From the NCBI GenBank assembly GCA_964252035.1, contig OZ176202.1: 64,000 bases of DNA. One strand, 5' to 3'. Position 1 is the stretch's first letter; every line of letters begins with the position of its first letter. Below the pieces are notes generated by a model, which did no database searches, was not told the DNA's origin, and was given only the letters and a program-made list of their open reading frames with translations. Both the position numbers and the translations under genes were made by a program. This document shows, one piece after another, positions 1 through 46,290 of the stretch. Source of the stretch: Podarcis erhardii (taxonomy: Eukaryota).

Positions 1-545
1 TTGTGTGTCCAGTTCATACTTTAGGAAGTATGCATTATTAAAGACTTTACCATTCCAGTCATGTCTTTCCTTTCTGATGTGAAGTTAATGTTCCTGGATC
101 AGGCTTGCATGTTTTCTTCTTTCATCCCCCCACTCCCATACCTTCCCCCCTAATTTAAAATGCATCCAAATTTTCTTTTGGAAACAAAGACTGCTCTTGT
201 TGGGCCTTTTCAGAGTTTTTAGTTATGGCAAGCAGTTTATATCTTGCGGAGCTAAGTCCCTCTCCTAGAATTCTCCATGATACACTTACAGGTGTGTGTT
301 GCCTTCCCAGAGAAGCTGGGATGACTGAGAACGTAATTACTTACTTTAAAAAAAGATATTACATTACCACTTGAAGTTTTCAAGGGCAAACATCACGGAA
401 ACACAGAATAAGAGTCAATAGAAGGCCAGCTACTCAGAAGCAAGTCCCATTGAGTTCAGTGAGACTTATTCCTAGAGAGGTGCTGTACAGGATTAGTTTC
501 TCTGTTCTTCCCCATCTCTCTGAAACAGCATAATAGCCAGGAAAA

Positions 546-1075
546 GGGTTATAGCTAAGTGGGAGAGTACATGTTTTTTGCATGCGGAAGGTCCCAGGCT
601 CAATCCCCAGCATCGCTCTTTTTAAAAAATAATTTGTATTGATTTATCATAAACATATGCACAAACTAACACATAACCATACAAACAATAACAGAAGCAA
701 TAAACAAAGCATATTCAGTATAAAAAGCAAATTACTGAGATGCAGTATTTTAAGATGAGTCTATATATCCCAATCACAACAAGGAGCGAATCATGGGAGT
801 AGTACTTATATGGCTTCCTGTTTCTGTCATCAAAAAAAATGGAGACCAGTCCATGTCAAAATTGTCTGATTTGGCTTCGCTTCAGATAAAGCATTAGTAA
901 ACTATGCCTCCCACATAGGAATGTAGAAATTCTGAGTATCTCTTGTTAAAAGATCTCTTGTGGTGGAGCTGAGAAAGTTTTCTCTCTGACCAAGACCTTA
1001 GAGAGCCGCTGGCCACTAGCAAATACTGAGCAAGATGGACAAATGTTTTGACACCATATATGAGTGTCATGTGTA
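546..1075 (+). mobile_element. tRNA-derived SINE (Squam2-like), split by an insertion at 619-957
   Basis: tRNA-like head gggttatagctaagtgg...ggtcccaggctcaatcccc (546-618) resumes at about 958 with body/tail gagagccgct...aatactgagcaagatggac. Confidence 0.6.
619..957 (-). mobile_element. LINE (L1-like) 3' fragment
   Basis: Minus strand shows a decayed ORF2-end-like peptide (NFDMDWSPFF), a T/G-rich 3'UTR and an A-rich end. Confidence 0.5.
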
Positions 1076-2149
1076 TTATTCATACTCCTTTGGTCTGTAA
1101 GGACAGAGGAGCAGAGACTTACCCTTCACTGCCTGCCCATGGGCTGCGGGGAAGTGTGCCTGCAGTAAAGAGGTTGCACATACCTCCGTATCTGTACTGT
1201 ATATGTGGAAGTTTATATTTTGGAGTAACTGGGTGGGTCGTTCTCTGGCTAGTTTGGCATTTGGCATTGTAGTTCAGAGAACTTTCCCAGCTGTGTGCCA
1301 AATTCAAGCCAGGTGTGCTCTGATGGCTAACCCTATCTACGCTAAGGGCATGCTTGATACTGTTCTACTAGCCTATCAGATAGCAATAGAAAAAGAGACA
1401 CCAATAGGATACCTAATCCCTCATTTTATATTCAGTAGAAACTGGGGACTTAACAAGTTCCTTGTGTGCAATATGCTATTCTAACTGTGAATCAGCCAGC
1501 AGGGGATGCTGTAAAAGTAATGAATTCCCTGCACTCTGCTTCATCTCAAAGTCATATGTCTCTCCCAAATCAAAACCATCCTTCTCTTCAAGCTTATGTG
1601 TTTAATTGCTCTGCTGGGTAAAAATGGGTCCTTCTTTATCCCAGACACAGCCAAAGGTTTTACGGGTGAAACCATTTCTTTGCCACCACAAGTAGGATTT
1701 TTCTTTCTGTTGCTTCTAGTGTTTGCTTCATTCATTTTTTTCTTGAAAAATATTTTTACAACAGAATCATACTAATTGTATTCACGAGGCCCTCGCCCAG
1801 TTAAAAAAGAATTTATTTGATTGAGCTAGTCCGAAATTTCTAAGATTAATCTGCATAACTGCATATTTTTTTGTTTATATATGTGTTGTAGCAGGACTTA
1901 TCTTAGGTAGGGTCTACACATTAATACATATAACAAAATCCCAGTGGTCAAAAGCAGCAAATGGAGAGGATGGGGAATGTTATAATCGTAAAAGTTTTTA
2001 TAACCTGTAGCACAGTTTATCTTTTTAATCATTTAATTTTACCAATAAATAGACCGGGGTGGGAGTGGGGTCTACTTGTTGCTGTTATGAATTCAACCAC
2101 ATTTATTTGCATGACATATTTGCTATATGTTAATTTGGATTTTTGTATT

Positions 2150-2325
2150 TGTATTTGGGATTGTTTAGGGACTTCTGTTGGGGAGTGTATTTTTATTAGT
2201 TTGTATACATTAGTGTTGTTAATTGTTTCAATTATTTTTATTTATGTATTTTGTGCTGTAACTTTGTGTTGTGAACCATCCTGAGACCTACAGGTATAGG
2301 GCGGTATACAAATTTTAACAACAAC
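2150..2325 (+). mobile_element. LINE 3' tail (L2-like)
   Basis: tgtgaaccatcctgagacc...gtatagggcggtatacaaat followed by an (aac)n tail. Confidence 0.5.
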
Positions 2326-2879
2326 AACACCAACTCAGTGGAGCTAAAATAGATCTATAAGGATTGTACTGTAGATCTATAGGATTGCAGTCCTTTGACT
2401 CTTTAACTGGGTACAAGCCTCATTGGAACACATTTTATTGTATGTAAATTGTATAGTATATTTGTTGTGATGGATATTCTCAGTGTATCTTCTCAGTGCA
2501 GAATAACAAAACACCATACTTAGTAAATAGGTACATTCAGTACTTTTTTTCTGGGGGTACGCAAGGGTACACAGTACCAGCACTGGGTACATTATTATTT
2601 TGCCTATTTAGACCCAATAGAAAGCTGGTGATCCATAGTGGCATAAGTGGCAGAACAGAGATATATGGATTGCCTTGTTGCAGTTCCATAACTCTCCAAC
2701 AAATTGAACTACCCTGTCATCATGGTTAATACTAGACACCATTTGTTGATCCACAAATCCCAGGAGAGTAGAATTTTCCTGAATCTGTATCCTTCAAACT
2801 AGTATCAGGCACACATAAGATTTTCTTTTCATTGTGTATGACGAGATATATAGGGTTTGAGGAATTATGCGGTAGAAAA

Positions 2880-3125
2880 CATGGAAACATCAAGGAGACT
2901 GAGCAAGGAAGATACAGAAGCTAGAAGGCTAAATAAAATAGTCCATACAATAAAAGTCTTGATTATCAAGAAGGCCTAGTGAGTGGTCTGTGACTAGCTG
3001 TGAACTATGTCTTACTATTGTGGAAGAGAAGTGGCTGTGATAAGGATATGATGGGTATTTGTGTGAAAGACCTATGTAAGATGCTCTGAATTTTCTAAAA
3101 GAAGAGTGGGATATAAATAAATATT
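2880..3125 (+). mobile_element. Degenerate LINE 3' end (L2-like)
   Basis: Ends in tgtaagatgctctga...gaagagtgggatataaataaata, the usual squamate L2-type tail pattern. Confidence 0.4.
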
Positions 3126-3500
3126 GTGTTATACAATGTAACTATTTTGCAGAGTAAAGTACAGTTGTCTCAGAGGGGAGGAGGCAAAGCTACATTGAGA
3201 AAGGTCTCTCTCTCCCCCCCCCCCCCCCGGGACTGAGAAGGCAGTTCTCTTCAATCCCCTCTCCCATTTATTCTGAAGAGAAGTCTCCCTTCCAGTCCAC
3301 AGACATCTTTCTGCTTCAGAGAGGCAAGCTTCATTGGTCCTTCTATCAGTGCTGTAGCTAAGTGGGGGGCTAGCTGTTTGTTTGTTTGTTCTGGGTAAAG
3401 CCTCCAGAGGAGTGCCATTGAGGCTCCCAGCATGTGTGCGTATGTGCAAATGCATGTTTGTTTGGGCGTGTGTGTGTCATATGGGTCTTTGACGAGCTGG

Positions 3501-3809
3501 GTAATCTGGTGAACCGGGTTCACTTCCCCACTCCTCCACATGCAGCTGCTGGGTGACCTTGGGCCAGTCACACTTCTCTGAAGTCTCTCAGCCTCACTCA
3601 CCTCACAGAGTGTTTGTTGTGGGGGAGGAAGGGAAAGGAGATTGTTAGCCGCTTTGTGACTCCTTGAGGGGAGTGAAAGGTGGGATATCAAGTCCAAATT
3701 CTTCCTCCACCACCACCACCTTCTCCTCCTCCTCCTCCTCCTCCTCCTCCTCCTCCTGCTCTTCTTCTTCTTCTTCTTCTTCTTCTTCTTCTTCTTCTTC
3801 TTCTTCTTC
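3501..3809 (+). mobile_element. Squam3 SINE, 5'-truncated, with expanded (TCC)n(TTC)n tail
   Basis: gtaatctggtgaaccgggttc...gtgaccttgggccagtcacacttctctgaagtctctcagcc...gggatatcaagtccaaa, then trinucleotide repeats. Confidence 0.8.
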
Positions 3810-4934
3810 ACCGAATGAAATAAAACCAAGTTCCACCCCTGCCTTCCAGCCAATGAACTACTTGCCAAAAAGAAGGAAAAAAGCCTCCATGAATAAGCAA
3901 TAGAATGAGTATCCCAGGGACAGGTAGGACAAAGCTAACCATCAAAGTGTTTCCTTCTAAACCTTGTTAACTCTTAAATTTAGGGGATTCATGGGGGTGT
4001 CTATGAGACTCGAATGGGAGTTCCCATAAAGCCTTCCTTTCTGCAATGGGACCAGAGAGAGGTATCTGAGGAAAGGGAGGCCTCTTCTTTCTTCCAGGCT
4101 CTGTAGGAGGGGCCTTCCAAAAGGAAGATAGCTATAGGCTTCCAAAACTCACCTTCCACATCACAACAAGCAGTTCTGGACAGGGTTATATGCTATTTTT
4201 GTCTTTCCTTTTACATGTGAATGTGGACTAGATAGACCTTTGGTCCCATGAAAGAGTTGCTCTTACGTTCTCATAAATTTTAAATTTTGATCAATGTATT
4301 TTTTGAGTTCTTGCTTTTTATAGTACAAAAAAGTAAAGAATTTATATAGGAGTAGCAAACGCTTTGTACATTTTAAGTGCCTAGAATTAAGAAAGAACTT
4401 GTTTCCTTGTAATGAGATGCAGCATTTCCTTCCATCAGGTTACACCCGTTGTTCAGTGCTTTTTAAATAACTGAAAACTCTGTGATTGTTTAACCATTTT
4501 GAAGCATGCCTCAGGAATTATTTCAATATTGAGGCGGACCTAATGGGAAGAAATGAGAATTATAATGTTTTCCATCTTGAATGTATGACAGGAACTTTCT
4601 ATTAATTTTCCCCAGGCAGTTCATCATTGGTTAATGTGCAATGTGCTTCTCACTAAAGTGGCCTTGGAGCATTTTTGTGGTTTTTCCATAATTAATGCCA
4701 TGCCTCATATGTCCACTTTTACTGCATTCATTAGTTGACTTCAGTGGATTGACACCCCGCATAGAATTATTGCAAAGAGTTTGTTAATGCTAAGTGGATG
4801 TAATTTTCCATGCTGGATAAAGTTTATGGGTCAGTTGGGTTTGCTTTAAGGTAATTAACCCACCAATTTCAGTGGCTTTACTTGTGTGACATTGGATATA
4901 ACCCCATTGTGTTAGCAAATCATTGGTTTTAAGT

Positions 4935-5010
4935 CAGGGGTAGGGAATCTTTTTCAACCCAAGGGTCACATTCCATTGTGAGCAACATTTTAGAGGCCTC
5001 GTGCAAAAGG
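4935..5010 (+). mobile_element. hAT-type MITE 5' end (related fragment at about 50481-50530)
   Basis: caggggtagggaatc...ttcaacccaagggtcacat resembles gggtagggaagctgtttcaacccaaggatcacat at 50481. Confidence 0.45.
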
Positions 5011-6689
5011 TGGGCAGGGCAGAGACAAAAAAAAAGGGCAGAACCAATGAATATGAGAGCCTTACAGTTTGCTATATTCCAGCCTTGCAAAAAAGTCAGA
5101 AGTGTACGCACAAGTACAGATACACACACAGCCTCCTCCATCAGGCAAGCAAGAGATACTAACACAAGTCAGGGACATCTTCAAGCCGTCAAAAGCACTT
5201 GAGGAAGGCACAGAATGCATTGAAAGATTTTAGCAGTATCACAATACAACATTTTGAAACAAATCATTATAGCAGTAATAAAAATTAAGCAAACAAAAAG
5301 AGCCATCCCGCCTTGCAAACCAGCTTGCTATCACACTTAACTAGCAGTAATTTTTTAAAAATCCAGTCAAGAAAACCCCCAGAAGAATAAAATGGTCTTT
5401 GCTTATCTCCTAAAAATAGAATCATAGGTGCTAGGCATATCTCTCTGGGATAAAGTGTTCATCTGATCTCTGCAGATGAGACACCCAGGATATGTGATGA
5501 TCTAAGACTTGGGTACTGAGTGAACAGACAGGTTAGTGCAAGAGAAAGCAGTTCTTCAAATACCTGATTCCTGGCCATAGTAGTCACTTAGGTTTGTTCA
5601 CCCTAAACTGCTTAGGACTTTTCATAGCCTGTGTTTCAAGTTATATTCTGTGGTTTTTAAAATCAGCAGGAGAAGAAACTCATGTGTTATAAGGAAATAA
5701 AACTTTCATATTTAATTTAACATATTTTGGGTTTTTAATAAATATGCGGGAGGTTTTTTTTCTTAGTGCTTCAGTCTCCTCTTGTAGTGGTGGGAATAGT
5801 GTTTGATGGGTGGGTTACTCTGCCTTCTCCTTCCCCTCCCCCATTTTTCTTTTACTGAAATTCCATTGACAATAATTAAGAAACGGGGGCCAGCAAGAGG
5901 TCAGTAAGTCTCTGCCAGTGAAACCAGGGATTGTTTCCCATGTACAACACTCTCTATTCCAACCCCCCCCCCCAGCTTTGCCCTTGTGGCAAATATAACT
6001 CTGATGACTTCTGCCTTTCTTGTAAGTTGTGCAACTAGTGAGGAACCGAGGGTGGAGAGGGAGATGATTTATGTGAGCGAAAGACCAGCCAGTTGATTGT
6101 GTTTTGATTGTTCCCTGCTTCTCTTCACTTACCAAGTAGTGGTTAGGAAAGCCAATCTCACATCTGGTACTGTAACTCCCGACAACAGGCGTTTTGCGGC
6201 AAGGTTAGGATTCCTGCATAGTTCTTTTGAGGGAGAAATGCTTAAGCCTAAATTTTGGGGTTACGCAACTGAGAAAGGGAGGATTATTCAGAACACAGTG
6301 TTAGGTCTCCTAAATGCCAGCCCTGTTAGGTCATCAAGCCTGTGGCTCAGTATTCATAGGATGTGCTTCCCATCCTGCAAAGTGATGGAGGGATGGAAGA
6401 AAGGGCTCCTATAGCTATAATTAACTATGGGTGTTTCCAGATAGGGCTTAATACTGCAAACAGGATATTCAGATGCCGCAGACGTTGGAAATACGTTTTT
6501 CTGACATCGGATTTTCCATGAACATGGTGGATGTGCATTAAATGAGAGAGAGAGAGATACAAGCTGGCATTTTGACACTGCTAACATGCTGTGGGTGCTG
6601 TGAAAACCTATAATAACACACCCATCTGTAAACACACAGTTAATCATGTTTAAATTCCTGGTTTTATTTATTTATTTAAAACTTTTATA

Positions 6690-6800
6690 CAGTAGGCCCA
6701 CAGCTAACGCGGGGTTATGTTCCGGGGATCACGCCTAAAGCCAAAATCACATATAGTCAAAAGCCATTGGGTTCAATGGCAGGTAGGATTGCCAAAGTTG
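6690..6800 (+). mobile_element. Tc1/mariner (Tigger-like) MITE end, copy 1
   Basis: ta|cagtaggcccac...cctaaagccaaaatcacatatagtcaaaa...caatggcaggt; near-identical to 15056-15165. Confidence 0.6.
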
Positions 6801-9049
6801 GTACCCCTGGTGGAGACAGACCACTATGCCAACACTCAAGAGCTTCAGCATGGGCCAGAAGAAGCTGGAAATAATATACAATACGATATAATATAATAGG
6901 AATGGGGCTAGGATATTAGGCCAATAAATTGCTTCACAGGAAGTATTTGTCATCACAGAGCCAATTACTTTGGCGTAGAACAGCAAGCGAGATAATATAG
7001 GGATGCACTTGAACAATCTTAGGTCTTCATGTGCAGCATAGTAAGGCAAACCTGCCTCACTTTATTTAAATACAGTGTCGTAACTGAGGCACTTCATGAT
7101 GCTCTAACGCTGTACTCTAGTACTAAACTCTTGGAATATGAAATGTCTGAAAGTTTGGCACTTACCTGTATGTATATGTACAGATGAAGCAAAGTAAACA
7201 ATAGTACTGTTTTGTTTTGCGACTTTGTCTAACAACTTATTTTATGTAAGAACAAATCTAATAGTTACAAATTTCATTGTGATGCAGATGGAAATCAAGC
7301 CTGACCTAGGAAAGCATCTCTCTGAAATTTTAGGGTTGCCATATGCCCTCTTTTTCCAGTACACGTCCTCTTTTTCATGGGTAGAGTTGTCATAGCGATC
7401 CATAGTTACAAGTAGAAGTCGGCAAATGTGTCCTCCTTTTTGCTCTTCGAGATACAGCAACCCTAAACTTGGTGTGCACTTTTCTGGAATTAACTTTATT
7501 TACTTGATATATATGACAAAGTCAGCAAACAAAACCATGATCACAGAAAATAAAATCCATAAATGCAAACAAATCTTAGCTTTTGTGTTAGTAAAGTTAC
7601 GCTTCTTTGGATTGCAATGTAATTCTGAAAATTGTTTGAAATGAGCTTTGGTTGAGACATTATAGGGATATTTAAATAAAGAGCAGAAAACTGAAGGATG
7701 CACAACTTTGGAAAGGACATATGGGGAATATGGGCAATTTCCTGAGCTACAGTCACACTTGTTTTTGTCAGAGGAACAGGGTAGCACTGCCAAAGCAGCA
7801 GTAACAGCTTGGCTTTATAGTTTCCTGACCATCTGACAAAAGGTTGTTTCAGTTTACTGTACACAGTTCTTGGGAACTGCAGATGCTGTTGATTTTGTTC
7901 CTGTTCCCCTGTGGTCCTCCGTGCAGTTCTGGAATAGAATGACCCAAGCTGGCCCACTTTCCCTCAGCATTAGAACATTGCTGATGTGTCAGAGATGCAC
8001 TTGTTCCAAAAGAAGCTGAGAAAGAGACCCCGCCTTAGCACACATGCCAAAAAATTGGGTCCCGTTGGTCTTGCACCATTCTGTTGGCAGCTGGATGGTG
8101 TGCTATCTCTTTAAAGCAAGTATAATTTTCTGAACTGGCTTGGTCAATTTGTTATGGTTTAAAACTGTGGAGCCAGCTGTCTGCAATCTGATGTAATGTT
8201 GCCATAGAAACTAGAAATGAAACACTTAAGCATTCACTACAGAATTTCTGCATCCAACATTAGCCAAAATAATTACAACTTGAGCCATTAGGGGCTTTTG
8301 GATGAGAGCTGGGGGGAGGGGGGCGACTTGTGGTAGCGTGGATGAGAATCAAGCTGTTCCTGTTTACAGTGCTACAGATCCATGTGTTTTATTCCTTAGA
8401 ATATCCAAAGAGATGAACTACTTTATACAGAAACGGCTATGCATATTATAAGGCTCTGCTTTTGGCACAGAGTTGTTAGCTGTGATGATGTGTTCTGGAA
8501 CATGATAGCTGTGAACTTTTAGAGGTACAATACTTGGACTTGTATTGTAAGGGCTGTGACTTCTGAGTGCGATGCCTGTAGTGCAACATTCTGCAAAATG
8601 CCCTTTTCCTGACTGAGGAAAGACCTTTCTCTGTAGGGAACCATTTAACATAAGGCAAATGTTCTACATTTCCTGTAATGCTTTCCTATTCCACGCGGGG
8701 AGTCTTCGAAAGAGAGTTAATCTCTCTCATGTTCATATACAGGGAGGGGTTGCACCTGTACTGTACTAGATCAGTGCTGCATGCCAGTCTATCCAGATCC
8801 ATCTATGTCCTGTCCCCAGGCAGGCTCACTCTTTAGCTGACCGGCTGGTTGCTCTTCCCTCACCAGCCACTTATTCACTTGGCTAGGTCAGATATCGCCT
8901 CTTTATCAGAGTAACTTCCATAGCCCAAGACCCTGTTGCCTTAGAGAGGAGGCTAAACACTGCTGAAAAAACTTTCCAGCCAAGTGGAACACCTTCACAC
9001 AGGGCAGTAGCCAAGTGCTTTCACTAGCACAAGGACGCCTGCTTGCTCA

Positions 9050-9170
9050 ACAGAACTTCCCCTCCTCCCCCTCCCCCACAGGCCACCTACGTCTGTTCTG
9101 GGGTTTTCTCCAACCTTCCAGAGCAGATTTGGGAAAGACGTAGGGGCACAAAGTGAGGGGGGGGGCGTTT
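9050..9170. repeat. Hairpin-type interspersed repeat (related copy at about 53200-53330)
   Basis: ctacgtct...agacgtag inverted arms around tctgttctggggttttctccaaccttccagagcagat; the same core occurs at 53255-53295. Confidence 0.5.
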
Positions 9171-9265
9171 TGTTGTGTTAGTGGAACTCCTTGCACTAAT
9201 GGGAAGCACTTAGTTGGATACCACCTAAATTGCTTTGAAATTTACCTTATATTAGGAATGCAGTA

Positions 9266-9305
9266 TAGAATCATAGAATTGTAGAGTTGGAAGAGACACC
9301 AAAGA
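9266..9305 (-). mobile_element. CR1 3' terminus fragment
   Basis: atagaatcatagaattgtagagttggaag is the reverse complement of the CR1 (ATTCTATG)n-type tail. Confidence 0.6.
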
Positions 9306-11314
9306 ACTCTGCCTCCAAGGTGAGCACATTCTTCAACCCTGCATGGAAATAACCAAGAGAGTGCTGTGGAGGAAAAGTCCCATCTTGGAGGACCATCAGG
9401 AATTGCACTCTGGATTGCTGGATTCTGATCCTACTTGGATGGGGTCAACATTTCTGCTAGGGAATTAATGCTTTAATCTAGTGGCCTCTTTGCTTTGGTG
9501 GAAGAGGTATTGAATATTCTTATCCATTCATTCCACCATCACATCCACCAAATGTATAAACTAAACATATTTGCCTAAGGCTGATGAACATACGGAGGCC
9601 ACTAAGATTGCCCCTCTGTAGGGTGCTGCTTTTTGTTGTATGGATTGTACAGTTTTCTCTATTCACTACAGTTTTTTATCTTTAGTAATGTATAGAACAA
9701 TATACTCTACTTTCTTAAGTATTGGACTAATAACTGTTGTTCAACCTAAAAAACATCACTCAGTGCACCCAAAGGATTGAGGAAATATATTTGTCATTAC
9801 CACTCAGAACCTTGGCATCCTTGCAAAATATTTTTGCAACGGTATAATTTATTTCAGAAGGTGTGTGTGTTTTAACCCCGCCCCCAAAACCCCTCTAGTT
9901 TACATTATAAATACACCAGACAAATGATGCTCTAAGTGCCAGTTGGTCTTGCCTTGGACCAAATGGTTAGCCTCATGCTTATATGCTTTGTAGGAGTCAT
10001 TTTTTAAATAAAGCTTATTTTGTCAGGCTTAAAACATCACCAGAAAATAATGGTGCATTCCAACATGGAAACACAAGTGACCTGAAGTTCACTGACAGGA
10101 AGTTGCTCTTGAGATTTCTAAGCTGGATGTTCAGAATGTGATGAATTGGTCAGAGCTCTGTACATGGAGGCAAAGTGAGGGATACAGTCTTCAGAGATTT
10201 CCAGCTGGAATATTCTCTCTTCCTTGGAATGCATTGTGTACAGTGGCAGTTCTGTACTGTAAAAGCAAAGAGGGCCCCACTCTTTCTTCCTCCCCCTTCC
10301 CTGCTTTCTACTCTCTCACACACAGATTCTAAACAGGGCACAACAGAGGAAGTAGCATATTGAGCACTGGATCTGGCTTGAAAATGGGAGCTCTGATTTG
10401 GTTCACAAGGAATGGATTGTTTCAGCTTGTGGTGTCACTGCTGCTGGAGAGGGTGGATTTTTTTGGTCTCTGTAATGTTTGATACTTGAGGGAAAACAGC
10501 TGGAACTGAGCATACTGCATCAGATGTGAGACAAAATGGGATGCTGGGGAATATGGACTATACTCAGTGCCTGTAAAGGTCAGAGTTTTCCTTTGGTCAG
10601 ATCTGGAGGAATGCTGCATCCATATTAGAAGCCAGCCTTGAGAATCCTCAGAATGAGAAGCTCCGAGACAGCGAAGGAGAAGATCTTTCTGTGGCTAATA
10701 AAACAAGTCAGAGTGGATGAGATCTCCTATTTCCTTTCCCTTCCCTTCCTTTTACCCCCCTCCCATCATTTTTGCTGCTGCTGCTGTTTTTGATTTACTT
10801 GGAAGTCTGGAAAAAAGTAGTCAATGATAGAGTTTCAGTTCAGTTTGGAGAAGCTGTTTATAACCAGGTTTTTAAATGTCAAGAGCCGCCAGGCCAGACA
10901 AGACCAGTGCCTGACCCAAACCACAGGAGCCTAACTAGCATGGCTAAAAGAGTCCCAGGAAAGAGTTCTGCCTGAAATGCGCTCAGAGACAACGTGGAAG
11001 TAGCTATTATTGCACAATGGGTGGAGAAAAGGATGAGGGCTGCAATGCATTTAGGTGCCTGAGACCTTACTGTGCGCTAATTTAGAAGTTAAAATGGTAT
11101 GTGCTGTTCTTTTTAAAGCAGTTTGTGTGTGAGAGAGAGAAATTGCGGCAGGGGAGAGTAAGTGTGACCTGAGCTTGAAAATAACAGTTTTAAGTTACAG
11201 GATTTTCCCTGTCACGGAGCACAGTAAGCCTGAGGCTGCATCGACTTGACTTCAGAAAGTGATTGAGCTGCGGGATAATTCTTTTATTAACATTTCCTTT
11301 TATTTCCTTGCCAG

Positions 11315-44988
<33,674 letters not shown>

Positions 44989-46204
44989 CACACTCTGAAA
45001 CATAGCATCTGCCAGTTGGAAAAGCCAGAGTTTCCTACCATGTCAATTTTATCTTTAATTTCTCCAGAAAGCTCTTTGGCATCAGGCAATGGAGGTCTTT
45101 GGGAAGACGTTGAGGCCCTTGTGTTTCTCTGTCGAGGGAAATGGTGCTTTCTGATTACCCCTTAAAGAAAAGGCACAGTTATGTTAATTTCTTAAAGACT
45201 GAGGCTAGCTTCGACCCATTTCAGAATATACATGTCCATTACAAAAAAGGGAACTTTACATCAACTTTTAAGCCCCAGGAACTTGGAGGAGTAGAGTTAG
45301 GTCTCTGTACTTTGGGGCTGCTCATTTGTTAAATCATGGATCTACAGTCCTAAGCAAACAAACTTACAAGTAAAAATCTTAAACATTACATCTCTTCATA
45401 GTAGCTTATGTTTATCCTTTTCAATCCACCAATTCATTTTACATAAATAAATAAAACTCCTTCCTGTGTTTGGTGGGGTTTTTTCAGGTTTCTGAGCCTC
45501 TAGGTAGGCCAAAGATCCTCAATGGATTTAGTTTTATTGTGGATCTCCTTTTATGCCAGTGCAATTTCCAAGACCAACTCAGAAAATTCCTTATTTGTAT
45601 AGAATTAAAGTCATTTTTATAACTGCTTCTTTAGCACTCAGCTTTTTATTTGCCTTAAAATGCTTTTGAGCAGTTCACTTACAGCATCCGTGTTTCAGAG
45701 GCATTTCATTGTTGTCACTATTATTTGGCACCTGACAGGTTTGTGTCTTATAGCTGTTATTGTAGATTGTAACATCTGTTTTGTAAAGTTTTCTTTTTGA
45801 AGTCAGATTTTGGTTCTCAGGCTAACAACTTGTTTATGGCAGTTCGTATGCTGGTATTACTAAAAGGCTAAAATATATTTTGCCTTGTGTATGTACATAT
45901 ATAATTATAAAAAAAGGTTTTTCATGTTACTTGCAATTTGGTGTACTGTATTATATTGTCAGTTGAAATGCTGCAGCTTTGACTTGGTATCCTGACCATA
46001 TCAATGAAAACATTGGTCTCTGAAAAACAAAAGGTTATCCAGGGAAGTAAATTAACTGATAAGAAAATTGTGTGTCTGACACAGTACCAGAACAAGAATC
46101 ACATTCCATTGTATTGATGGGGAAAACAAACTTTAAGCTGTCATTCTTGCAAGAAGTAAATATAATACCTCTATTATTGGGTGTTAAAATGACAATTAGA
46201 GTAA

Positions 46205-46290
46205 AAGCCATCTGGTTGGCACTGTGCGAACAGGCTGCTAAACTAGATGAGCCTTTAGTCTGATCCAGCAGGGCTCTACTTAGGTTCACC
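46205..46290 (+). mobile_element. CR1-type 3' end fragment within the putative 3'UTR
   Basis: gccatctggttggcactgtgcgaacaggctgctaaactagatgagccttt...tgatccagcagggctc. Confidence 0.55.

Noticed and set aside
546-618. tRNA-like sequence (also 28793 and 56700-56757)
   Set aside because: Degenerate SINE heads without an intact cloverleaf; not tRNA genes.
3251-3903. ORFs with poly-K/R, poly-E and poly-S runs (205, 63 and 79 aa)
   Set aside because: They are translations of the trinucleotide tail of the Squam3 SINE.
7995-8125. Possible alternative first exon (MHLFQKKLRKRP... or MPKNWVP...MVCYLFK)
   Set aside because: No convincing phase-0 GT donor (only a weak GC donor); insufficient support.
1-11314. 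Upstream canonical SASH1 exons (e.g. EEALAR / LKEYEAQH...DWPDG)
   Set aside because: Searched by eye and not found; probably upstream of the window.
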